Shown piece by piece: positions 1-7,884 of a DNA stretch of 17,580 nt (positions are counted from its first letter, which is position 1; every line of letters starts with the position of its first letter). The notes below the pieces were generated by a model, which had not been told where the DNA came from, did no database searches, and saw only the letters and a list, made by a program, of their open reading frames with translations. Origin of the DNA: Calditrichia bacterium (GTDB lineage Bacteria; Calditrichota; Calditrichia; RBG-13-44-9); assembly GCA_037381445.1 (NCBI GenBank), contig JARRQT010000106.1:1-17580 (forward strand), given 5' to 3'. Both the position numbers and the translations under genes were made by a program.

Positions 1-806
1 GCGCGATCCACCGGCATGATAAGACAGCTTGGTCCGCCGGTTCCCTTCACAAATTCGGACAAATCCAGTACACGGACCGTAATTCCGGCTTTCTCCAGCC
101 TGTTGATTGCTTCGGTGTTCGAACTGTCGGCGATCACTTCATCATTTCCCAGACAGATCACGTTGCCGCTGATAAAATCGGCTGCGGGAATTTCGATCTT
201 TTCATATCCCCTGAAAAAATCTGCGGGACAGACGTCCCTGCAGGACAGCACCCGGCGCGGCCCCAGCATGCTCATGGCGCCCCCGATATGAAGGTATGGT
301 TTTGGCACCACCGCCACCCGCACCTCATAATCCATGGAGCCCAAAATGTTTTTCAACTGCCGGATGCCTTCGGCGTTGGTACGGGAGGAGGCCCCAATAA
401 ATGCGGTCCGCCCGGCCAGAATAATGTCGCCGCCCTCCGCAGTGCCGGGGGCGGCAATTTCACCGGCCGGTAATATGCCCATCGCGAGCAGCGTTTCCGT
501 CATCCACAGCGCTTCGCCGGCCCGGCTCGGCAGACCCATTCTCAGCCGGATGAATCCGCGCGGCGTGCAGACCGCCGTGTCGCGGGTGAAAACGGAGTTG
601 GGATGGCCGGGAAGCTCGGCGATATCCGCGACCTCGCTTCCGAAATTTTCAAGTGCTTTTTTTAATCCGGCATGCTGTTTCTGCGCCGCGTCCCGTTCCG
701 CCACCAGCGTGATGTTGTGGGACTTTTTATCTTTTACCTCGAAAAATTCTTTTTTCGGACTGCATACGATGACCTGTTTGAGGGGATCGCCTTCATTCCT
801 CAGCAT
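1..806 (-). CDS. Amidinotransferase / dimethylarginine dimethylaminohydrolase (arginine deiminase superfamily) protein, stop codon just outside the window
   Basis: Manual translation from ATG at 806: MLRNEGDPLKQVIVCSP...HPNSVFTRD...EGGD...SSRTNAEG...LHIGG...LSEFVKGTGGPSCLIMPVDR. FTRD, EGGD, RTN, catalytic His and C-terminal GGxxC are family motifs. Missing from the ORF track because there is no in-window stop. Confidence 0.9.
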   Translation of the reverse strand, partial: MLRNEGDPLKQVIVCSPKKEFFEVKDKKSHNITLVAERDAAQKQHAGLKKALENFGSEVADIAELPGHPNSVFTRDTAVCTPRGFIRLRMGLPSRAGEALWMTETLLAMGILPAGEIAAPGTAEGGDIILAGRTAFIGASSRTNAEGIRQLKNILGSMDYEVRVAVVPKPYLHIGGAMSMLGPRRVLSCRDVCPADFFRGYEKIEIPAADFISGNVICLGNDEVIADSSNTEAINRLEKAGITVRVLDLSEFVKGTGGPSCLIMPVDR

Positions 807-830
807 ACGATCTTCACTCGATTATGTTTT

Positions 831-1490
831 TTATTCCAGTTCCAGGAATCCGGGAAGCTCGGAGAGATTTTCGAGAATCCCCAGAACATCAAATTTTTCG
901 AACTCACGCCGGCGCGTCACGCCGCCCAAAACAGCCGCAAAATCGATTTCGGCGCTGCGCGCGGTTTCCGCATCCGTGGTATTGTCTCCGATATAAATGG
1001 ACTTCAGCGGATTGCACCTCAACAGCGCAACGGCTTTCAGTAATCCTTCGGGATCAGGCTTGTGGCTGCTGACATCCTCTCCCCCCACAATGACATCGAA
1101 ATGGTGGAGCAGATTTTCACGCCTCAGGATATTCTCGATGCGGTAACGAAATTTTGTGGACACAATTGCGGTTGAAATATGGTGCGCCCTGATTTGTTTA
1201 AGGACCGCATCCACTTCTCCGTAAAGGACAGTCATGTCCGCCATTACCTCATCGGCGCGCTGAATAAACAGGCGGACAAATTCCCCTGACTGTTCGGCAT
1301 ATTGTTTTCCCACCAGGCGAAGAAAGGTGTCGGTGAGGGGAAGGCCGATGGTATGGCGGATTTTCTGCGGAACGGCAGGAGGGATTCCCAGTTCGCCCAA
1401 GGCAAAATTGATGCATTCAATGACGCCCCGCGAAGAATCCGCCAGGGTATAATCGAAATCGAAAAGCACTGCCGAATAGCGGTTCCGCAT
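831..1490 (-). CDS. HAD-superfamily hydrolase, phosphoglycolate phosphatase-like
   Basis: Motif I LFDFDYTL, motif II VSTK, motif III KPDP, motif IV YIGDNTTD; 219 aa; ends 24 bp before the DDAH-like start, so probably co-transcribed. Confidence 0.9.
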   Translation of the reverse strand: MRNRYSAVLFDFDYTLADSSRGVIECINFALGELGIPPAVPQKIRHTIGLPLTDTFLRLVGKQYAEQSGEFVRLFIQRADEVMADMTVLYGEVDAVLKQIRAHHISTAIVSTKFRYRIENILRRENLLHHFDVIVGGEDVSSHKPDPEGLLKAVALLRCNPLKSIYIGDNTTDAETARSAEIDFAAVLGGVTRRREFEKFDVLGILENLSELPGFLELE

Positions 1491-1807
1491 ATATGCCGCT
1501 CCCGTTAATTAATGCGCCGAAAGTTATGGTTTTTCCGGGCTGAAAACAATTTGAATTCATGAATAACAAGTCAGTCCAGATAATTTTTTGGGAGATTGCC
1601 ATTTCTTCCCCCTGTCAGTACATGGATACCTGCATTTAAAGAATTTTGTAAAAAATATGCAAAATCGGCAGCATTTTGGGGGATTTCAATATGTCCGAAC
1701 GATTTAATTTTCAAAAAATAGTTTTGGAGATTGCGGAACTGTTATTAGATTCAGTCCAAATAAAAATTCAGAATTTTTATGGTTGAAGCTGAATTTGAGG
1801 AAAGAAA

Positions 1808-2710
1808 TTGAGAGAAAAAAAGAGTTATAACGTAGCGGTGGTAGGGGCGACCGGACTGGTGGGACAAAAAATGATTCAGGTTCTGGAAGAGCGTGAATTC
1901 CCGGTCAATAGACTGGTGCCGGTTGCTTCCGAGCGGTCCGCCGAAAACAAAATTTATTTTCGGGGTGAGGAAATTCGGGTGCAAGTGCTGGATGCGGAGG
2001 TTTTCAGGGAAGTGGATATTTCGCTGTTTTCGGCCGGTGCAGCGGTCAGCCTGGATTATGCGCCGGTCTCCGCCGAAAGCGGCGCAGTGGTGATTGACAA
2101 CAGCTCCGCCTGGCGGATGGACCCTGCGATTCCCCTGGTCGTCCCGGAAGTGAACCCTGACGCAATGAAAAATCACAACGGCATTATTGCCAATCCCAAC
2201 TGCTCGATAATCCAGCTGCGGACCGGCGACAGCGCGGAGCCGTTTTATCCCCATCACATTGCCAATAACTGTCTGCCGCATATCGATGTATTCAATTCCA
2301 ACGGCTACACCAAAGAAGAAATGAAGATGATATTTGAGACCCGGAAGATTATGGGCCTGCCTGAGCTGGCGATTACCGCCACCACGGTACGGGTGCCGGT
2401 GAAAACGGGCCATTCCGAATCGGTCAACCTGGAATTTGAACATCCTTTTGAACTGGAGGAAATCTACCGGCTCTTAAAAGAAGCGCCGGGGATAGTGGTA
2501 CAGGATGAACCCGATAAGAACAGCTATCCAATGCCCATTCTGGCGGAGGACCGGGACGAGGTTTTTGTGGGGCGGATACGCAGGGACGAGAGCATCAAAA
2601 ACGGGCTCAACCTGTGGATCGTCGCCGATAATCTGCGCAAGGGCGCAGCCACCAACGCCGTTCAGATTGCCGAACTGCTGGTCCGGCAAAATTTGCTGCA
2701 AAGAAATTGA
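1808..2710 (+). CDS. asd: Aspartate-semialdehyde dehydrogenase with an apparent in-frame internal deletion
   Basis: VGATGLVG Rossmann motif, IDNSSAWRM, VVPEVN, IIANPNC, NGYTKEEMK, VRVPVxxGHS, DNLRKGAATNAVQIAE; TTG start after GAGG. Only 300 aa, and the STYQxxSGAG segment is absent. Confidence 0.93.
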   Translation: MREKKSYNVAVVGATGLVGQKMIQVLEEREFPVNRLVPVASERSAENKIYFRGEEIRVQVLDAEVFREVDISLFSAGAAVSLDYAPVSAESGAVVIDNSSAWRMDPAIPLVVPEVNPDAMKNHNGIIANPNCSIIQLRTGDSAEPFYPHHIANNCLPHIDVFNSNGYTKEEMKMIFETRKIMGLPELAITATTVRVPVKTGHSESVNLEFEHPFELEEIYRLLKEAPGIVVQDEPDKNSYPMPILAEDRDEVFVGRIRRDESIKNGLNLWIVADNLRKGAATNAVQIAELLVRQNLLQRN

Positions 2711-2760
2711 TAAAGATAAATTGCGGTAAGTCAGGAGCTAACTGAAAACGAGGTTTCCGG

Positions 2761-3525
2761 ATGGAGTCAGGTAAAATTTTGCCGGGTGCTGAGCCGGTAT
2801 TCAAGAAAGGTAATGAAATTGGTTTTTTGTTCCTCCACGGTTTTACGGCCTCCCCGTTTGAAGGAAAAGAACTGGCCGAAAGGCTGCAGCGGGAGACCGG
2901 CTGCACCATCTCTCTGCCGCTGCTACCGGGCCATGGCACTGCTCCCGCCAATCTGAAAAATGTGCGCTGGCTGGACTGGTATATGTCCGCGCGGGAAAAA
3001 TACCTGGAGCTCGAAAAGAGCTGCGAAAAGGTAGTGGTTTGCGGCCAGAGCATGGGGGCCGCCCTGGCCCTTCATCTGGCGTCTCATCACAAACCGGCAG
3101 GCGTGATCAGCCTTGCCGGCGCCGTATTTCTGATAGACTGGCGGCTCCGGCTTCTGCCGCTGGCCCGGCATTTCATCCCCTATCAGCACAAATCCAAGGG
3201 ACCGGACATCAGAAATAAGGAGATAAAAAGCCGCATCCCCACCTATTATAAATACCCTATCCGGAGCGTCGATGAACTGCTGGGGCTTCTGCGGCATACC
3301 AGGGAAGATCTGCCGGAAATCACCGCGCCGGCGCTGTTGCTCCATTCCCGGAAGGACCGCACCGTACAATTCTCCAACCTGCAGTATATCTATGACCACA
3401 TCTCTTCCTCCGAGAAGGAAAAAGTTGAGCTGGAGGAATCCTATCATCTGATCAGCCTGGATGTGGAAAAGGAGATTGTTTACCGGAAGATTTATCAGTT
3501 CATGAAAACGCTGACCGGCCAATGA
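2761..3525 (+). CDS. Alpha/beta-hydrolase carboxylesterase (Est/YvaK or monoacylglycerol lipase-like)
   Basis: LHGFTASP oxyanion motif, LPGHGT, GQSMG nucleophile elbow, Asp in KDRTV, His in SYH. Confidence 0.88.
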   Translation: MESGKILPGAEPVFKKGNEIGFLFLHGFTASPFEGKELAERLQRETGCTISLPLLPGHGTAPANLKNVRWLDWYMSAREKYLELEKSCEKVVVCGQSMGAALALHLASHHKPAGVISLAGAVFLIDWRLRLLPLARHFIPYQHKSKGPDIRNKEIKSRIPTYYKYPIRSVDELLGLLRHTREDLPEITAPALLLHSRKDRTVQFSNLQYIYDHISSSEKEKVELEESYHLISLDVEKEIVYRKIYQFMKTLTGQ

Positions 3526-3718
3526 GAGTCATGTCCGTCATGAATTTGAATCAGGAAATTTGCGGAAGACTGCGGATGGGATACACTCGACCCCGGCCCT
3601 GGTCATATTCTGCCGACATGCCTCGCCGGCGCCATTTCGCAAAATATAATCCTGTTTGATGGGAATAAAATTTATGATTACTTTTTGATTTCTGAATATC
3701 AAACGTACTGGAACAATC

Positions 3719-6138
3719 ATGGCAAAAACAAAGAAAACAGCAAAACAGAAGAAAGTGACGACCGCTTCCTTAAAACCGGAAAGTTCATTTCTGGAAAATC
3801 TTGAAAAGCCAAAATATATCATCGGTTTTTTCGTACTGCTCTTAATCCTGCTGGCATTTTTATACAAACCGATGGTGTTTCAGGGGATGCAGCCCTCCGG
3901 CAGTGATATCACCTCCGGCATCGGGACAACCCATCAATTGAAGACCTGGGAGAGCAAACTCGGGCATTATCCGCTCTGGAACCCCTATTTGTTCGGGGGA
4001 ATGCCGACCTATTTCTTTGCTCAGCCGGCGGTGTGGTCGCTGGATACCCTGCTGGGGAAACTGGGCGCGCTGGGCGACTGGCGGATCTGGTACTTCCTCG
4101 CCGGGGCCATCGGCATGTTCCTTTTGATCAAATATCTGGGATTATCTGCCGCCGCCGGCATGCTGTCCGCCCTGGCCTTTGTGTTCATGCCCCATTTTCA
4201 GGCGCTTATCATTGTGGGGCATTTCGCCAAATTCAGGGCCATCATGTGGATGCCCTATGTTCTGCTGACCGCCCTGATGCTGGTGGAGCGGCGGACCATC
4301 CTCTCGGCCCTGCTGTTCGCCGGCGCGTTTTCCCTGCAGTTTCGCACCCAGCACTATCAGATTATCTTCTACACGCTCATGCTGGTATTATTCATGGTCA
4401 TTCCGCCCCTTTACCGCATCGTCAAAGCCAAGAAATGGGGCGGAATCGGTAAGCTGGCGGGGCTTTCTGCCGGCGCTGCCGTTATCACCTTTCTGGTCAT
4501 TTCCCAGAATCTGTTCTCCGTGAAGGAGTATACGCCCTATTCCACCCGCGGCGGCCATGCCATTTCGCTTCAGGAAACCGCGAAGACAGTTCAGGAAAAA
4601 AAGGGTGTCGGATTTGACTATGCCACCAACTGGTCCTACTCCATTTCGGAATGGTGGAACCTGATTATTCCCAAATTTCACGGCGGGACTTCCAACGAGC
4701 TGTACACTGGCAACGCCATTCCCGCCTGGAAAGGAAGGGAACTGCCCACCTACTGGGGCGACATGCCGTTTACGCAATCCTATGAGTATCTGGGGATTCT
4801 GGTGGTTTTTCTGGCCATTATTGGAATTGTATTCCGGTGGCAGCGGCGGGAGGTGATGAGCCTCACCCTGCTGACCGGCCTGGCCATGCTCATGTCGCTG
4901 GGAAAGCATTTCGCGGGACTCTATAAGTTTTTCTTTTACTATGTGCCCTATTTCGATAAATTCCGGGTGCCCATGATGATACTCGTGCTGGTGATGTTCA
5001 ATGCAGCGGTGCTGGCCGCCTACGGCCTGGAGTATCTGATGAAGCCGGAGACCGACCGTCCCGAAGTCAATCAGAAGCTATACATCATCTCCGGCATCTT
5101 TGCGGGACTGGTCATCATTCCGCTGCTGTTCGGTTCTTCTTTCTCCCTTACCCATGCCGGCGAAGCGCAGCGTTTCGGGCAGGAGGTTGTGGGCGCCCTG
5201 AAAAAAGTCCGGCTGGATATGCTCCGGACATCCAGTTTTTACAGCCTCATTTATCTGCTGATCGGGTTCGCGGCAGTCATCACCGTTCAGAGAAAATGGC
5301 TGCGAAAGGACCTGCTTCCTGTTATCTTCATTGCCGTCATCGCCATCAATTTTCTCGTCCTGGACGGCTCCTACGTGTCCGGGAAATTCATCAATCCCGC
5401 GCTCGCGGAGCAGCGGGCCTATCACCAGCCCTCGGCGGATATTCCCCGGCGAAACTGCAGACCATTCAGGAAATTGTGGACAACTGCCTCTATGTCAATG
5501 TGGATGGCGGCGCGCTGCCCATCAACTGGAATGTGGTCGATATGATGAACGTAAAATACCTGGTCGCGAATCAGGAACTGCCATCGCCCCGGCTGACATT
5601 GGTGGCCTCGGACCAAAACAGCAAACTGCTGGCCTACCGCAACAACGACGCGCTTCCCCGCGCCTATTTTGTGGGCGGTTACCAGGTGATTGCGGACGGC
5701 GTAAAACGGCTGCAGTTTATCAACAGCCCGGAATTTCATCCCGGATCGATGGCTATTCTGGAAAAGAATACTGCAGAGCCGGTTGAAAAACCGGACAGCT
5801 CTTCCATCAGTATTACCCTGTGGCAGCCGGAAAAAATTGATTTGAAACTGTACACGGACAAGCCGGCCCTGATGGTCCTCTCGGAAATGTATTATCCCAA
5901 AGGCTGGTCGGCATTTCTTGACGGCAGCAAAGAGATTGAAATCTACAAAACCGATCACATGCTGCGCTCGGTGGTTGTTCCGGCGGGCTCCCATACGCTG
6001 AGTTTCCGGTTCCATCCCGAATCCTATTACCTGGGCGTACGGCTTTCCCTGACCGGATTCCTGATCTTGTATATCGGTTTGTTCGCCGCCGGGGTCATTT
6101 TTTACAGAAACCGCCGCAAGAAAAGTGTCGAAAAGTAA
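3719..6138 (+). pseudogene. YfhO-like multi-pass membrane protein (putative GT-C-type glycosyltransferase), split by a frameshift near 5430
   Basis: 5' part: LWNPYLFGGMP, many TM segments, YTPYSTRG, DKFRVP. 3' part in another frame: GGYSPAKL, MMNVKY, LPRAYF, LSEMYYPKGW, VPAGSH and a C-terminal TM. Frame change at TAT CAC CAG CC|CTC GGC GGA TAT. Could be an assembly error rather than a true pseudogene. Confidence 0.82.
6034..6071 (+). repeat. 38-bp exact direct repeat, copy 1 (inside the 3' end of the yfhO-like CDS)
   Basis: GGCGTACGGCTTTCCCTGACCGGATTCCTGATCTTGTA, identical to 7606-7643. Confidence 0.97.
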
Positions 6139-6174
6139 CCGACTAACCTGAATAATGGACTTTATCTTACCCCT

Positions 6175-6208
6175 CAAAATGCCCGTCACATAAACGGGCA
6201 TTTTGTTT
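6175..6208 (+). terminator. Intrinsic terminator downstream of the yfhO-like gene
   Basis: CAAAATGCCCGT-cacataa-ACGGGCATTTTG perfect 12-bp inverted repeat followed by TTT. Confidence 0.8.
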
Positions 6209-6285
6209 ATATGCATATTGGATTGTATCGGGTTCTTCAATTTTCTTGCTGTAGACCGTAATTTCTTCTCTAAAATATTTTTCAC

Positions 6286-6314
6286 TTGAATTTTAACTAT
6301 CACAACTTTATAAT
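6286..6314 (+). promoter_or_regulatory. Sigma70-type promoter for the lipoprotein gene
   Basis: TTGAAT-N17-TATAAT. Boxes and spacing are kept in the paralogous copy while the spacer sequence diverges. Confidence 0.75.
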
Positions 6315-6320
6315 TTATGT

Positions 6321-6374
6321 ATCCATAACAGCGATTTCTATTTTCTTATGGATGGGAAAATAGCGCTTCAACAG
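6321..6374 (+). ncRNA. Candidate structured 5' leader RNA, copy 1
   Basis: Starts at the expected +1. ATCCATAA(6321-28) pairs with TTATGGAT(6346-53); AGCG..CTATTTTC(6330-45) pairs with GAAAATAGCGCT(6356-67). Confidence 0.45.
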
Positions 6375-6522
6375 CATAAAAAAGAGATGATGCCCATATG
6401 TTCAGGGACAGATTCAAAATCGGGATTAAGCAGGACAACACTTGATATCAACGCGCTCGAAATGAATATAGCATTTTTAAAAATGATTGATCTTCAATAA
6501 TATTTTTAGCCGTGAGGTTTAC

Positions 6523-7566
6523 ATGCATTTCAGAATTTTATTTATTCCGCTCTTTCTCGTTGGCCTTTTAATAATTTCCTGCGAACGGGACAAAACCCCT
6601 TTGGGAGCAGGAAATAATCAACAAAAGGAATACCCCGGCCACGATTTTGAATGGACGGCCGACACGCTGACGGCCGGCGATGCTTTTCAGATTTATATGT
6701 ATGACATTTGGGGCACCGAAGAGGACAATGTCTGGTGCGTAGGCCACAGCGACCTGAACGCTTACCAGATATGGCACTGGGACGGCAAATGCTGGCGCAA
6801 TGTAGACCCCAAAATACAGGGCCCGCGGGCATCCTACCTTGAAATTTTCGGCTTTGCTGAAAATGATTTCTGGATAGCGGGCTATACCAGCATTTACAAC
6901 GGTTACCTGTTGCATTATGACGGCAGTTGGCACCGCATGGATAACGATGAACTGCCCATGTGCATGTCCATTTGGGGCAGCTCCTCCCAAAATCTCTTTA
7001 TCGGATGCCGCAACGGCATCATTATCAGATACGATGGTGAAAAATTCACCCGGTATTACACCGGAAAAAATCTCCAGATAAACACAGTTTGGGGGCTTAA
7101 ATCAGGCCAGGTATTTGCCATTGGGAATAACGGTGATAATCAGCCCGCCGAGCCTCCGATGCGGTATTTTTATAAATATGAAAAAAACAAATTTGTTCTT
7201 ATCGGTTCGATAAACCAGAGCTTGCCAGGCGATGATACCATTGGCATGGATTTGTGGGGCGCCGATATGAACAGCCTGTATTCCCCAACCGGCAACAGCC
7301 TTACAAAATATGAAAACGGAAAATGGGTAACCCAGTTTTACGCCCCGCTGTTTAGAATTTACGGCAGTTCATCGAACAATGTTTTTACAGGGGGCTACGG
7401 CAGTGCCTTATATCACTACAATGGATACGACTGGGCGGCTCTGCATTTTAATGACCCTATAAATGAGTCCATTTGGGGAATCTGGTGCAATGAGAATTAT
7501 GTTTTTGTTATTCAGGACCTGGATAATGTAGAAAGGATTTTCCGAGGAAAACGAAAAAAGGAATGA
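6523..7566 (+). CDS. Putative lipoprotein with Trp-rich beta-propeller-like repeats
   Basis: ATG at 6523 after GAGG is preferred over TTG 6487. Signal peptide with lipobox-like IIS-C; repeated (I/V)WGxxxxxxxxxG...xxHYDGxxW units. Confidence 0.8.
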   Translation: MHFRILFIPLFLVGLLIISCERDKTPLGAGNNQQKEYPGHDFEWTADTLTAGDAFQIYMYDIWGTEEDNVWCVGHSDLNAYQIWHWDGKCWRNVDPKIQGPRASYLEIFGFAENDFWIAGYTSIYNGYLLHYDGSWHRMDNDELPMCMSIWGSSSQNLFIGCRNGIIIRYDGEKFTRYYTGKNLQINTVWGLKSGQVFAIGNNGDNQPAEPPMRYFYKYEKNKFVLIGSINQSLPGDDTIGMDLWGADMNSLYSPTGNSLTKYENGKWVTQFYAPLFRIYGSSSNNVFTGGYGSALYHYNGYDWAALHFNDPINESIWGIWCNENYVFVIQDLDNVERIFRGKRKKE

Positions 7567-7605
7567 AAGGAGGCGATGCCTATGGGCAAAATTAAAAACC
7601 GGTAA

Positions 7606-7643
7606 GGCGTACGGCTTTCCCTGACCGGATTCCTGATCTTGTA
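7606..7643 (+). repeat. 38-bp exact direct repeat, copy 2 (intergenic)
   Basis: Identical to 6034-6071. Confidence 0.97.
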
Positions 7644-7712
7644 ACTGGATTGTGTCGGGTTCTGAATTTTTCCTGCTGAAAACCGTAATTTCTTCCCCAA
7701 AATATTTTTTGC

Positions 7713-7741
7713 TTGAATTTTAATCCTCCCCAATTTATACT
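7713..7741 (+). promoter_or_regulatory. Sigma70-type promoter for the large secreted protein gene
   Basis: TTGAAT-N17-TATACT, paralog of 6286-6314. Confidence 0.72.
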
Positions 7742-7747
7742 GTATGT

Positions 7748-7801
7748 ATCCGTGACAGCGATTTCTGTTTTCTTATGGAAGGGAAAATAGCGCTTCAACA
7801 G
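7748..7801 (+). ncRNA. Candidate structured 5' leader RNA, copy 2
   Basis: TCCGTGA pairs with TTATGGA and CTGTTTTC with GAAAATAG, using G-U at the substituted positions. Confidence 0.45.
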
Positions 7802-7884
7802 TCTTAAAAAGTATTTCATTATTTTAAATAGATGCTGCTTCACTGATTTATTGGATTTTTATCAGAAAGAATGAAGGGGAAGAT

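Larger units (their letters stand above)
6219..6374 (+). repeat. 156-bp imperfect direct repeat, copy 1 (promoter plus structured leader)
   Basis: Aligns without gaps to 7646-7801 with about 23 mismatches by hand count (~85% identity). Confidence 0.95.
7646..7801 (+). repeat. 156-bp imperfect direct repeat, copy 2
   Basis: Ungapped match to 6219-6374 at offset 1427. Confidence 0.95.

Noticed and set aside
16..1072. Plus-strand ORFs 16-291, 288-473, 334-996, 672-1043 and 824-1072
   Set aside because: Antisense shadows of the DDAH-like and HAD genes, which carry the family motifs.
5422..6303. Long antisense ORFs such as 5422-6303, 1751-2443 and 14689-15552
   Set aside because: They overlap well-supported genes on the opposite strand and show no recognisable motifs.
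6321..6367. Minus-strand H-type pseudoknot reading of the leader
   Set aside because: Loop geometry fits for copy 1, but copy 2 would have three A-C mismatches and the promoter points to the + strand.
6348..6500. 50-aa leader ORF MDGKIALQQHKK... inside repeat copy 1
   Set aside because: No RBS, and the paralogous frame in copy 2 stops after 10 codons (MEGKIALQQS).
6034..7801. CRISPR array, integron attC or diversity-generating retroelement reading of the repeats
   Set aside because: Only two copies, no spacer array, no attC core-box structure, no cas, integrase or reverse transcriptase gene in the window, and mismatches across the 156-bp block are not confined to adenines.
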